A stretch of 64,000 nucleotides of DNA from Octopus sinensis (Eukaryota): positions 6,076,001 to 6,140,000 of the forward strand of contig NC_043020.1 in the NCBI RefSeq assembly GCF_006345805.1, read 5' to 3'. Below, in pieces: positions 25,693 to 38,765 of the stretch (position 1 is its first letter; the number at the start of each line of letters is the position of its first letter). Made by a program: the position numbers and the translations under genes. The notes under the pieces are model-generated. The model was not told the origin of the DNA and did not search any database. It saw only the letters and a program-made list of their open reading frames with translations.

Positions 25693-26102
25693 TTAACATC
25701 CACTTTCCATGCTAGCATGGGTTAGACGATTTGACTGAGGTCTGGCGAACCAGATGGTTGCACCAGACTCCAATCTTGATCTGGCAGAGTTTCTACAGCT
25801 GGATGCCCTTCCTAACGCCAACCACTCCAAGAGTGTAGTAGGTGCTTTTACATGCCACCAGCATGAGGGCCAGTCAGGCGGTACTGGCAACGGCCACGCT
25901 CAAATGGTGCATTTTATGTGCCACCTGGACAGGAGCCAGTCCAGTGGCACTGGCAACAACCTCACTCAAATGATTTTTCACGTGCCACCAGCACAAGTGC
26001 CAGTAAGGTGACTATGAATATGAAAGGGTTAAGGAAATTGTGAAATAAAAACAAGGCCTGAGTTTTGTCTAAACATTTCTCTTTCCTTTTCTCCAACTGC
26101 AG

Positions 26103-26360
26103 TGTCCAGCCAGAAGTCCTGTTTGTTCGAATAAAACAAGAATTGCTCAGTGAAAACTACTATTCTGATGTGTTACTCTTTTTGTGCTCAAGGCTACATA
26201 CGTCTGCTCTCTCGTGCTTTACAATAAAGAAGTTATTCTGGAAGGATCCGGAGCTTTTCATGTTTTTGGTTGGAATACTTTGTAAATATGTTCCCGGATT
26301 TGTGTCGAGTGGAGGGGGAACCGTCTGTGATAGCAAAGATGAGGACAAAAAACTGCAGAG
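26103..26360 (+). CDS. C12orf56: C12orf56-like exon d
   Basis: Acceptor cttttctccaactgcag|, donor cagag|gtagat; 258 nt, phase 2 to 2. IKKLFWKDPELFMFLVGILCKYVP resembles human LKRLFWKTSDLFYFIVNKLHEYLP. Confidence 0.9.
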
Positions 26361-26487
26361 GTAGATGTTGTTTCATTTTCATATCTTTTGTAATTTGTAC
26401 CCCTGATAAGCCTTTAAAATATTTATAGGTTACAGAAGACAATTGCTATGTGAGGATAATACTCTTTATGTATGCATATATGTATGC

Positions 26488-26886
26488 ATAGGCGCAGGAG
26501 TGGCTGTGTGGTAAGTAGCTTGCTAACCAACCACATGGTTCCGGGTTCAGTCCCACTGCGTGGCATCTTGGGCAAGTGTCTTCTGCTATAGCCCCGGGCC
26601 GACCAATGCCTTGTGAGCGGATTTGGTAGACGGAAACTGAAAGAAGCCCATCGTATATATGTATATATATATATATACGTATGTGTGTGTGTGTGTTTGT
26701 CCCCCTAGCATTGCTTGACAACCGATGCTGGTGTGTTTATGTCCCCGTTACTTAGCGGTTCAGCAAAATAGACCGATAAAATAAGTACTGGGCTTACAAA
26801 GAATAAGTCCTGGGGTCGATTTGCTCGACTAAAGGCGGTGCTCCAGCATGGCCGCAGTTAAATGACTGAAACAAGTAAAAGAGAAA
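26488..26886 (+). mobile_element. SINE family A
   Basis: Full-length copy ~130 bp after exon d. Confidence 0.85.
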
Positions 26887-27381
26887 GAGAGATATATCAT
26901 CATTATCATCATGTCTGCTTTCCATGCTGCCATGGGTTGAACGGTTTGACTGAGGTCTGGAAAGCCAGTGGGCTGCACCAGGCTCCAATCTGATCTGGCA
27001 ATGTCAATGTTTCTACAGCTGGATGCCGTTCCTAACACCAACCACTCCAAAAGTGTAGTGAGTGCTTTTTATGTACCACCGGCACAGGAGCCAGTCAGGT
27101 AGCCTTGGTATTGGTCATGTTTGGATAGTGCTTTTTACGGGCCACCAGCACAGGAGCCAGTCTAGCAGACAGTGTATGTAAGTATGTATATATGTATGTG
27201 TGTGTGTGTAAATATATGTGTGTGTGTGTGTATGCATGTGTATGTATATATATGTATACATGTGTATGTATGTATGTATATACATATATATATATATATA
27301 TTTGTGTGCGTGTGTGGTGTGTGTGCATGTATATATATATATATATATAATATATATCTGTCTATGTATATATATACATAG

Positions 27382-27437
<56 letters not shown>

Positions 27438-27546
27438 GTGCGTGTGTGGTGTGTGTGTGTGTGTGTGCGTGTGTGCATGTATATATATATATATATCTGT
27501 CTATGATATATATATACATAAATACATATATATATACATACACATG

Positions 27547-27596
<50 letters not shown>

Positions 27597-28329
27597 TGTA
27601 TACACACAAACACACACACATGTATATGTGTGTGTGTGTGTGTGTGTATGTATATATAAATAAGTAACAATTGATGGACAGGTGTCAATTAATTACAGCC
27701 GTTTCTAATGAATTCTTTAATTAATAAATGAGTACCTGATATTATATAAAAAACATATTTTTCAGGTCAATACATGAATTTTATAATCAAGGGCATTTAA
27801 AATAATTTAAAATTCATGGTACAAACATATTTAGTGATTCTACAACTGGCCCTTGTGTGTGTGTGTTTGTGTGTGTGTGTGTGGTGTGTGTGTGTGTGTG
27901 TGTGTGTGTCTTTGTGTCTGTGCACCACCCCTCACTGCTTGACAAGCAGTGTTGGTGTGTTTACATTCTCGTAATTTAGCAGTTCGGCAAAAGAAACTGA
28001 TAGAATAAGTACAATGCTTAAAAAATAAGTCCTGGGGTCAATTTGTTTGACTAAAGGTGATGCTCCAGCATGGCCACAGTCAAATGACCGAAACAAGTAA
28101 AAGAATAGAAGAATAAACTAAAAACACTAGCAAACTGAAAATAATTAAAAAATATTTTAAATTTAAATAAATTTTTTTAATTAAAAAATTTGCTTAAAAA
28201 TTAAGAAAATCGAAAACAGCATTTTGTTTTTCAAATTTCATTTTTTCATCTTTTGTCCAATATTTGTTTTCATTCATGAGACTGTGGTCATACTGGAGCA
28301 GTGCCTTGAAGAATTTCATACTGTATATG

Positions 28330-28389
<60 letters not shown>

Positions 28390-28558
28390 AAATAAGAAAA
28401 TGGAGAAATATATCTAAATCATTCATCAACTATCAGATAATACCGAATCATATACTTATTAAAACACTACACAAGAGCATTAAGATTAGACATTAATACA
28501 GTACAATAATTACAGTCAATATAATGAGATATAATATAATATATATATATATATATAT

Positions 28559-28890
28559 ACTAGCACTATGACCCAGTAACGCTGGATCATAGTGCTAGTG
28601 CATGCATATATATACAGCTGCGTACGTGCGCACATACACGTGAGTACTGTCCAAATCTCCGACCAATCACATACAGCTAGCTGGCTTCAATTGACGTATC
28701 AAGTTTCGGGATTTTGATAGGGTTTTGGATAGAAAATTCACAAAAAAGTCACTTCTATTGATTTTTTAATGGCTTTGCAGGGTGACTGGGGAAATGTAAA
28801 GATGTGCACGACCACCCTTGGATGGTTTTGAATGACCATAGAAAGTGCAAGCCCTCTAACTGAAAAATTGTGGATTTATATATGTAGAGA
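28559..28890 (-). mobile_element. Non-autonomous Helitron, same family as 55950
   Basis: Colinear with 55950-56270; ctagcactatgaccc...tcatagtgctag terminus. Confidence 0.7.
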
Positions 28891-28922
28891 TGTACATATA
28901 TATATATATACACATATATATG

Positions 28923-28961
<39 letters not shown>

Positions 28962-29279
28962 ACATACATAGCTACATTTATACATGTGTGTGTGTGTCTG
29001 TGTCTATATAACCGTGACCGACCAGGTTATCAGGTGTTGCTACACATTACTGGTCACAATGCGCTTCGCATTCTTTTAGCCTTCAAATGACGCCACCCTG
29101 CTGGCTAAGCGAGCAGGCCAACAGAAGAAAGAGTGAGAGAAAGTTGTGGCGAAAGAGTACAGCAGGGTTCGCCACCACCCCCTGCCGCTCAATAAACACT
29201 CACAACTCTCGGTCTGGGAATCGAAACCACGAGTCTGCTGCCCTAATCACTGGGCCATTGCACCTCCACGTGTATATGT

Positions 29280-29665
29280 ATACTCTTTACTCTTTTACTT
29301 GTTTCAGTCATTTGACTGCGGCCATGCTGGAGCACCGCCTTTAGTCGAGCAAATCGACCCCGTACTTATTCTATCGGTCTCTTTTGCCGAACCGCTAAGT
29401 AACGGGGACGTAAACACACCAGCATCGGTTGTCAAGCAATGCTAGGGGGACAAACTCACACGCACAAACACACACACATACACATATATACATATATACG
29501 ACAGGCTTCTTTCAGTTTCCGTCTACCAAATCCACTCACAAGGCATTGGTCGGCCCGGGGCTATAGCAGAAGACACTTGCCCAAGATGCCACGCAGTGGG
29601 ACAGAACCCGGAACCATGTGGTTGGTAAGCAAGCTACTTACCACACAGCCACTCCTGCACCTATA
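29280..29665 (-). mobile_element. SINE family A, followed by a tandem array of its head
   Basis: Full-length reverse copy. Confidence 0.85.
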
Positions 29666-30185
29666 ATATATACGACAGGCTTCTTTCAGTTTCCGTCTAC
29701 CAAATCCACTCACAAGGCATTGGTCGGCCCGGGGCTATAGCAGAAGACACTTGCCCAAGATGCCACGCAGTGGGACAGAACCCGGAACCATGTGGTTGGT
29801 AAGCAAGCTACTTACCACACAGCCACTCCTGCACCTATAATATATACGACAGGCTTCTTTCAGTTTCCGTCTACCAAATCCACTCACAAGGCATTGGTCG
29901 GCCTGGGGCTATAGCAGAAGACACTTGCCCAAGATGCCACGCAGTGGGACTGAACCCGGAACCATGTGGTTGGTAAGCAAGCTACTTACCACACAGCCAC
30001 TCCTACACCTATAATATATACGACAGGCTTCTTTCAGTTTCCGTCTACCAAATCCACTCACAAGGCATTGGTCGGCCTGGGGCTATAGCAGAAGACACTT
30101 GCCCAAGATGCCACGCAGTGGGACAGAACCCGGAACCATGTGGTTGGTAAGCAAGCTACTTACCACACAGCCACTCCTGCACCTA
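29498..30185 (-). repeat. Tandem tetramer of the 174-bp SINE-A head
   Basis: acgacaggcttc starts at 29498, 29672, 29846, 30020. Confidence 0.95.
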
Positions 30186-30871
30186 TTAATTTTACTTGTA
30201 TATATATGTATATATATCTTTTATCTTTTGTTTCACTTGTTTCAGTCATATGACTGTGGCCATGATGGAGCACTGCCTTTAGTTGAAGAAATCGACCCCC
30301 TGAGCTTTTTTTGTAAGCCTGGTACATATTCTATTGGTCTCTTTCACTAAGCGCCTAAGTTGCGGTGATGTAAACACACCAACACTGGTTGTCAAGCGAT
30401 GATGGGCGGGACAAACACAGACACAAACACACAAATATATATACATATACATAAGTAAGATATAAGTTAGAGGTTATTCAATGTATAGATGTATCTGTAG
30501 GCACTCCTGGTGTATTACCTCAGTATGTATAGTCGTCGTTATAAGGTATAAGGTAGTAGGTAATTTAAAGGTAAAACCGTGGTTTAATGTATAGAGAGAC
30601 GATAAAAAATGGAGCAATAATTAACAATGAGAAGTGGATCATTAGTGTTTTAAAGTCATTACTCTTTTACTCTTTTAATTGTTTCAGTCATTTGACTGTG
30701 GCCATGCTGGAGCACCGCCTTTAGTCGAGCAACTCGACCCCAGGACTTATTCTTTTGGAAGCCCAGTACTTATTCTATCGGTCTCTTTTGCCGAACCGCT
30801 AGGTGACGGGGACGTAAACACACCAGCATCAGTTGTCAAGCAATGCTAGAGGGACAAACACAGACACACAA

Positions 30872-30902
<31 letters not shown>

Positions 30903-31840
30903 CATATATACGACAGGCTTCTTTCAGTTTCCGTCTACCAAATCCACTCACAAGGCATTGGTCGGCCTGGGGCTATAGCAGAAGACACTTGCCCAAGATG
31001 CCACGCAGTGGGACAGAACCCGGAACCATGTGGTTGGTAAGCAAGCTACTTACCACACAGCCACTCCTGCACCTATTAATTTTACTTGTATATATATGTA
31101 TATATATCTTTTATCTTTTGTTTCACTTGTTTCAGTCATATGACTGTGGCCATGATGGAGCACTGCCTTTTAGTTGAAGAAATCGACCCCCTGAGCTTTT
31201 TTTGTAAGCCTGGTACATATTCTATTGGTCTCTTTCACTAAGCGCCTAAGTTGCGGTGATGTAAACACACCAACACTGGTTGTCAAGCGATGATGGGCGG
31301 GACAAACACAGACACAAACACACAAATATATATACATATACATAAGTAAGATATAAGTTAGAGGTTATTCAATGTATAGATGTATCTGTAGGCACTCCTG
31401 GTGTATTACCTCAGTATGTATAGTCGTCGTTATAAGGTATAAGGTAGTAGGTAATTTAAAGGTAAAACCGTGGTTTAATGTATAGAGAGACGATAAAAAA
31501 TGGAGCAATAATTAACAATGAGAAGTGGATCATTAGTGTTTTAAAGTCATTACTCTTTTACTCTTTTAATTGTTTCAGTCATTTGACTGTGGCCATGCTG
31601 GAGCACCGCCTTTAGTCGAGCAACTCGACCCCAGGACTTATTCTTTTGGAAGCCCAGTACTTATTCTATCGGTCTCTTTTGCCGAACCGCTAGGTGACGG
31701 GGACGTAAACACACCAGCATCAGTTGTCAAGCAATGCTAGAGGGACAAACACAGACACACAAACACACACACATATATATATATATATATACATATATAC
31801 GACAGGCTTCTTTCAGTTTCCGTCTACCAAATCCACTCAC
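30020..31840. repeat. ~890-bp near-identical tandem duplication
   Basis: Landmarks recur at 30020/30910/31799 and 30185/31075. Confidence 0.92.
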
Positions 31841-32097
31841 AGGGCTTTGGTCGGCCCGAGAGTATAATAGAAGACACTTGCTCAAGGTGCCACACAGTGG
31901 GACTGAACCCGGAACCATGTGGTTGGTAAACAAGCTACTGTTTAATTTAATTAAGTGTCTTCTATTCTAGCCTCGGGCTGATCAAAGCCTTGTGAGAGGA
32001 TTTGGTAGATGGAAACTGAAAGAAGCCTGTCGTATATATATATATATATATGCACAACAGGTTTCTTTCAGTTTCCGTGTCTACCAAATAGCCTGTC

Positions 32098-32138
<41 letters not shown>

Positions 32139-32839
32139 ACAGGCTTCTTTCAGTTTCCGTCTACCAAATCCACTCACAAGGCTTTGATCAGCCCGAGTCT
32201 ATATTAGAAGACACTTGCCCAAGGTGCCACGCAATGGGACTGAACCCGGAACTATGTGGTTGGGAAGCAAGCTTCATACTGCACAGCCACACCAGCACCT
32301 ATTATATATCAATCTATCTATCTATATATGTGTGTATGTATATATGAGTGTATATAAATATACATATATATATACGATGAGCTTGTTTCAGTCTCTGTCT
32401 ACCAAATCCACTCACAAAGCTTTGGTTGGCCCAAGGCTATAGTAGAAGATACTTGCCCAAGGTGTCACGCAGTGGGATTGAACCCAGAACCATGTGGTTG
32501 TGAAGCAAGCTGCTTCCCACACAGCCAGTCAGAGCCCAAACTTTCTAAACTTGTTTAGTTCCTTGTCAAAGAAACAAAAACTAAATCATTGCATTGGCTA
32601 TTAAGTCTTCCTCTTAAGATAAGGTGCAGTGTATTACAAAGAAGGTGGCACAAAGGTGTGTTGCAGGGTGGGTGCAAATTTCTTTCAGATTTTCCAGGTG
32701 TTGTCGGTTGAAGGTTTTTCCACCTGGGTACAAAAGAATTTAAACCCGTGAATAATCTCACCAGAGCACTTCCCAAAGAATTGTGTATATATACAATTAA
32801 TTCGTGTTCACAATATACACCCTTGTTATATCCTGTAGG

Positions 32840-34720
32840 TGGCAGCAGCAGTGGTGGTGAGGATGGTGGTAGTGGTGGTAGTAGTAATTGTGGTGGTGTT
32901 GGTGGTGGTGGTGGTGGTTGTGGTGGTAGTAGTTGTGGATGGTGGTGGTGGTGGTGGTGGTAGTAGTTGTGGATGGTGGTGGTGGTGGTGGTGGTAGTAG
33001 TTGTGGATGGTGGTGGTGGTGGTGGTGGTAGTAGTTGTGGATGGTGGTGGTGGTGGTGGTAGTAGTTGTGGTGGTGTTGAGGGTGGTGGTGGTGGTGGTG
33101 GTAGTAGTTGTGGGGTGGTGGTGGTGGTAGTAGTTGTGGTGGTGTTGAAGATGGTGGTGGTGGTGGTGGTGGTAGTAGTTGTGGTGGTGTTGTGGATGGT
33201 GGTGGTGGTGGTGGTAGTAGTTGTGGTGGTGTTGAGGATGGTGGTGGTGGTGGTGGTAGTAGTTGTGGTGTTGAGGATGGTGGTGGTGGTGGTGGTGGTG
33301 GTGTGGTGGTAGTAGTTGTGGTGGTGTTGAGGATGGTGGTGGTGGTAGTAGTTGTGGTGGTGTTGAGGATGGTGGTGGTGGTGGTGTTGAGGATGGTGGT
33401 GTGGTGTGTGGTAGGTAGTAGTTGTGGTGGGGTGTGGTGGTAGTAGTTGTGGTGGTGTTGAGGATGGTGGTGGTGGTGGTGGTGGTTAGGAGTGTGGTGG
33501 TGTTGTGGATGTGGTGGTGTGGGTGGTGGTAGTAGTTGTGGTGGTGTTGAGGATGGTGGTGGTGGTAGTAGTTGTGGTGGTGTTGAGGATGGTGGTGGTG
33601 GTGGTGGTGGTAGTAGTTGTGGTGGTGTTGAGGATGGTGGTGGTGGTGGTGGTGGTAGTAGTTGTGGTGGTGTTGTGGATGGTGGTGGTGGTGGTAGTAG
33701 TTGTGGTGGTGTTGAGGATGGTGGTGGTGGTAGTAGTTGTGGTGGTGTTGAGGATGGTGGTGGTGGTGGTGGTGGTAGTAGTTGTGGTGGTGGTGGTGGT
33801 GGTAGTAGTTGTGGTGGTGTTGAGGATGGTGGTGGTGGTGGTGGCAGTAGTGTTGGTGACAGTGGTAGTAGCAGTTTTTGTGGTACTTTTTGTTGTTGGT
33901 TGGGAGGAGGGGGTACCCACTATTATGTTGGTGGTAGTGGTGGTGGTGTTGTTGGAAGTGGTGCTGGAAGGAGCAGCAGCCGCAGCAGCAGCATTGGAGA
34001 GACAGTTGAGGTGATGATGAATGTCATAATCATGGGGGTGGGGGGTTACGGTGGTGGTGATGATGATGATGATGACAATAATGATGATGATGTTGACAAG
34101 GGAGATGATTACGATAATGATGATGGTGATGGTGATGATGATGATGATGGGATGACAATCACGATGATTACGATGATGATGATGATGACAATGACGATGA
34201 TGATGATGATGGAGATGATGATGATGGAGATGACGATGACAATAATGATGATGATGTTGACAAGGGAGATGATTACGATAATGATGATGATGACAATGAC
34301 GATGATGATGATGATGGAGATGATGACAACGACCATGATTATGATAATGATGATGATGACAATGACAATAACGATGATGATGATTACGATAATGATGACG
34401 ATGATGGTGGTGATGATGATGATGAGTGTGATGATTAAGATGACAATGACAATAATGATGATGATGATGATGACAATGACGATGGAGATGATGATGATGA
34501 TGTCGATGATGGTGATGATGACAATGACGATGATTACGATAATGATGATGGTGGTGGTGATGATGATGATGGTGATGATGATGGTGATGATGATGATGAT
34601 GACGATGACAATGATTACGATAATGATGATAGTGATGATGACAATGACTGACAATAACGATGATGATGACGATAATGATGATGACGGTGATGGTGATGAT
34701 GATGATGCTAAACGAGACCA
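32840..34720. repeat. Compound (GGT)n-based minisatellite grading into (GAT)n
   Basis: Units (ggt)n-agtagttgtggtggtgttgaggat to ~33850, then degenerate gat/gac triplets. Confidence 0.92.
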
Positions 34721-34759
34721 CGACCACCACCATGCATATTCTTTCTTCTTCTATTCCAG

Positions 34760-34849
34760 TCTGTTGTGCCTAGTTTTGGAAATTCTGCGAGTCATGTTCC
34801 GAGAAACTGAAGTCCTGTCATCCCGGATATCAACCCTCGTCGCAGCCAA
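34760..34849 (+). CDS. C12orf56: C12orf56-like exon e
   Basis: Acceptor ttcttctattccag|, donor ccaa|gtaaga; 90 nt. LEILRVMFRETEVLSSRISTLVAAK resembles human IQTLVLMFRETETESSRLNTLAAKK. Confidence 0.92.
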
Positions 34850-35051
34850 GTAAGACCCTACTTATATGTTGTTGCTTCTAAGGTCGTGAGTTCGATTTCT
34901 GATGGAACACTGTGTCCTTGAGCAAGACACTCTATTTCACGTTGCTCCAAGTCTACACCAGCTGGCAAAAACCAGTTGTCCCTGTAATACAAAAGGGCCG
35001 GCCTCGTCCCATTCCGTGTGTCACACTGGATCACCCGGAGAACTACATTAA

Positions 35052-35219
35052 GAAGGCGCAGAAGTGGCTGTGTGGTAAGTAGCTTGCTAACCAACCACAT
35101 GGTTCCGGGTTCAGTCCCACTGCGTGGCACCTTGGGCAAGTGTCTTCTGCTATAGCCCCGGGCCGACCAATGCCTTGTGAGTGGATTTGGTAGACGGAAA
35201 CTGAAAGAAGCCTGTCGTA

Positions 35220-35268
<49 letters not shown>

Positions 35269-35480
35269 TTGTGTGTCTGTGTTTGTCCCCCTAGCATTGC
35301 TTGACAACCGATGCTGGTGTGTTTACGTCCCCGTCACTTAGCGGTTCGGCAAAAAGAGACCGATAGAATAAGTACTGGGCTTACAAAGAATAAGTCCCGG
35401 GGTCGATTTGCTCGACTAAAGGCGGTGCTCCAGCATGGCCGCAGTCAAATGACTGAAACAAGTAAAAGAGTAAAGAGTAA
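35052..35480 (+). mobile_element. SINE family A
   Basis: Full-length copy ~200 bp after exon e. Confidence 0.85.
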
Positions 35481-35788
35481 GGTCACATGTGTCAGTGGAG
35501 CATTCAACCACTTGTGTGTGAATTTCATGAGAGCCATGCCATATGTTGTTGCTGTTGCTATTATTGTTCTTCTTTAACAAGCTGCACAAAGTGCTTAGCA
35601 GTATTTCGCCCGTCGCTACGTTCTGAGTTCAAATTCTCCCAAAGTCGACTTCGCCTTTCATCCTCTCGGTGTCGATAATTTAAGTGCCTGTGAAACACTG
35701 GGGTTAATATAATCGACATAACCCCTCCCCTCAAATTTCATGCCTTGTGCATTTAGTAGAAGGGATTATTATTATTATTAGTATTATT

Positions 35789-35832
<44 letters not shown>

Positions 35833-35859
35833 TTATTATTATTATTATTATTATTATTT

Positions 35860-36217
35860 TATTGTCATTTACTTTTATCTGCATGTTTGATGCAATCACT
35901 TGCCGGGCACACCCAGCGCCTAGGGCAATGAAGGTTAAGAGTTGTTGAAATATAGCTGAAAGCTTGGGAGGGGAAGTAGAGAAATATCTCCATGTAATAC
36001 AACACAAGCATTTACATTGATAGGGTTTTTCTAAGGATGTGGGCAGTACTTGTTAGCACAATCTTTTGGATTTCCTTGAGACATGGTTCTCCAGGGATAT
36101 TGTCTAGTGTTTTTCTGACATCCCTTTTTATCATACCTAGGCACCTACAATAACAGGAACAGTTTTTTTTTTAAGATTCCCCATCTTTTGTATTTTGATT
36201 TCCAGGTCCTTATATTT
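35860..36217 (-). mobile_element. R4/Dong-like RLE non-LTR retrotransposon 3' end in (TAA)n
   Basis: KYKDLEIKIQKMGNL...VPVIVGA...EIQKIVLTSTAHILRKTLSM*; (TAA)n on both sides. Confidence 0.8.
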
Positions 36218-36383
36218 ACTATTATTATTATTATTATTATTATTATTTTCTTCCAAGTGCCTAAGAATAATAAGAGATGGTGATCAATGTTGTTGTGTGG
36301 TCACTTGTGGTCAGCAGTAGGTAATTAATTATCGTGGGAGACATTCAACCTCCAAGTAAAACCTCAAAATCCTAACTGTTCCC

Positions 36384-36420
<37 letters not shown>

Positions 36421-36422
<2 letters not shown>

Positions 36423-36975
36423 GCCCTGATGCAGTACCAGGCAGTGGCTCTCATGGCTTCTGATCTTAACTGATTGGAAGTGTTATCATGTACATTGTTT
36501 TGTCTTGGTATAAAAGATGGGCTACAGCAAATATTCTGCTCAATACCACAGATTGCTTGTCAGTTGTTTGACCTTAACCAGTTGAGCATGTCCCTTAGTG
36601 GCTGACGATATGTGCATCTCTCTGATCATGAGCAGAAGTAGTGGGGGAGCATCATAGCCGTGTGTTGAGAGGGATTCTTTGGGGTTTGAATAATTCACCT
36701 CTGGAAACATGGGTGGTTCTTTCAACATCCTTAAACAACCCTTATTCAGGACCTTTTGAGTGGGATGGGCTACTCACCTGAAGAAAATTCTAACTGGCCC
36801 CCACCTGCAAGGTCATGTGCTGTTTATCTTGATATGAGATCACCATGTCGCGCACATATGGTTGTGATGCATGTGCCTGGTGTACCTTTATCAGCCGGGT
36901 AGTCATGAGGGGTATACTGGGCTTCGTATATTTTACCCCAGTGTCACTTTGATGGCATGCACTGCTCTCTCTCAC
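36421..36975. mobile_element. Non-coding ~555-bp interspersed element in (TAA)n
   Basis: Complex sequence with sharp boundaries against (TAA)n at both ends; class not determined. Confidence 0.5.
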
Positions 36976-37106
36976 TCAATGATAATAATCATAATAATAA
37001 TAATAATATGGGGGGAGTTAGGATTTTGAGATTGGTACTTGGAGGTTGAATGTCTCCCACGATCGTTAATTACCTTCTGCTGGCCACAATTGACCACACA
37101 ACAACA

Positions 37107-37495
37107 CTCTTTACTCTTTTACTTGTTTCAGTCATTTGACTGCGGCCATGCTGGAGCACCGCCTTTAGTCGAGCAAATCGACCCCAGGACTTATTCTTTG
37201 TAAGCCTAGTACTTGTTCTATCGGTCTTTTTTGTCGAACCGCTAAGTTACGGGGACGTAAACACACCAACATCGGTTGCCAAGCGATGATGGGAGGGACA
37301 AACACAGATACCACACATATATTTATACATATATACGACGGGCTTCTTTCAGTTTCCATCTACCAAATCCACTCACAAGGCTTTGGTCGGCCCGAGGCTA
37401 TAGTAGAAGACACTTGCCCAAGGTGCCACGCAGTGGGACTGAACCCGGAACCATGTGGTTGGTAAGCAAGCTACTTACCACACAGCCACTCCTAT
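37107..37495 (-). mobile_element. SINE family A
   Basis: Full-length reverse copy. Confidence 0.85.
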
Positions 37496-37899
37496 GCCAT
37501 CTCTTATCATCATCATCATCATCATTATTGTTGTTGTTGTTACCGATAGTTTTATCACTTGTTGTTGTTGTAGTTGGTGGTGGTGGTCGTCGTAGTATTG
37601 CTGATGTTGGTGCTGTTGTAGTTAATATTGTTGTTCATAAGCTACTTCCGCCTTGCCACTGAGGTTGGCACCATCCATTGGTGCTGCGTCACAGTCTGTG
37701 CCATTGTTGTTATTGCTCATTCAAAGTCACTCCAGCGTGAAACATAAGAAGCTCTGTAGGTGTTTTTACAGAGTTTACTAAACCACATACCTTTGTAAAA
37801 AAAAACACCCAGCTTGAATATCGGAAAATACTGATAAACAATACTTTGTGTGTCCGCACACACAAACACACACACGGACAGAAAGAGAGGCAGGCAGGC

Positions 37900-37930
<31 letters not shown>

Positions 37931-38147
37931 TTAGATAGATAGAAATAGATAGATAGACAGACAGATAGGTAGATTGATAGATAGAAATAGACAGACAGAT
38001 AGATATAGATAGAAATATATAGATATAGATAGACAGACAAACAAATAGATGGATAGATAGATAGATAGACAGACAGACAAATATAGAAGATAGATAGATA
38101 TAAATATTTATCAACATCATTATGATATATATATATATATATATCAA

Positions 38148-38322
38148 AATATGGCAATCCTTCGGTATAAGTACACACGTGACTTTGCTTACATTTCTGA
38201 AGATAACAGAAACCCTTTTCTCCCACCCCTAACCCCAACACAAACCCTAACCCCGCATATATATATAAAAAACACTTTCTTGAAATGTAGCTGGTACTTC
38301 CGGTACTTATACCGAAGTTACG

Positions 38323-38365
<43 letters not shown>

Positions 38366-38590
38366 CCTTTATACCGATCTAATTCCGAAACGCGCGTACG
38401 TGGGTAACCTAATATCGATTTGATTTTCTTTATTTTTCCCTTTTGCCTGCGTGGATTGTTTTCAAGTACTTTGGTTTTTCTGGGAGCCCCTTTTAAAGTA
38501 GAAGGAATAGCTAAGATTTTTTGACTGCTATTTCTAAACTTCGGTATGTGGTGAAGCAAATCTTTGCTGAACCCTAATTATAAAGTATAT
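38148..38590. mobile_element. Helentron/HINE-like non-autonomous element
   Basis: Subterminal inverted repeats cttcggtataagtac/gtacttataccgaag, a third aacttcggtat near the right end, internal ccctaa and (TA)n. Confidence 0.5.
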
Positions 38591-38600
38591 ATTATATATA

Positions 38601-38698
<98 letters not shown>

Positions 38699-38734
38699 TA
38701 TATATATTATTATATATAATATATATATATATAT

Positions 38735-38762
<28 letters not shown>

Positions 38763-38765
<3 letters not shown>

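Noticed and set aside
27688-27710. Hammerhead 3' half on the minus strand (GAAA cggctg TA)
   Set aside because: No intact CUGANGA or matching stem I and II upstream; at most a relic.
33486-34853. Poly-H/T/V/M/G ORFs on both strands, also at 46773-47445 and 54233-55066
   Set aside because: Triplet microsatellites open in several frames at once; only 34760-34849 has exon support.
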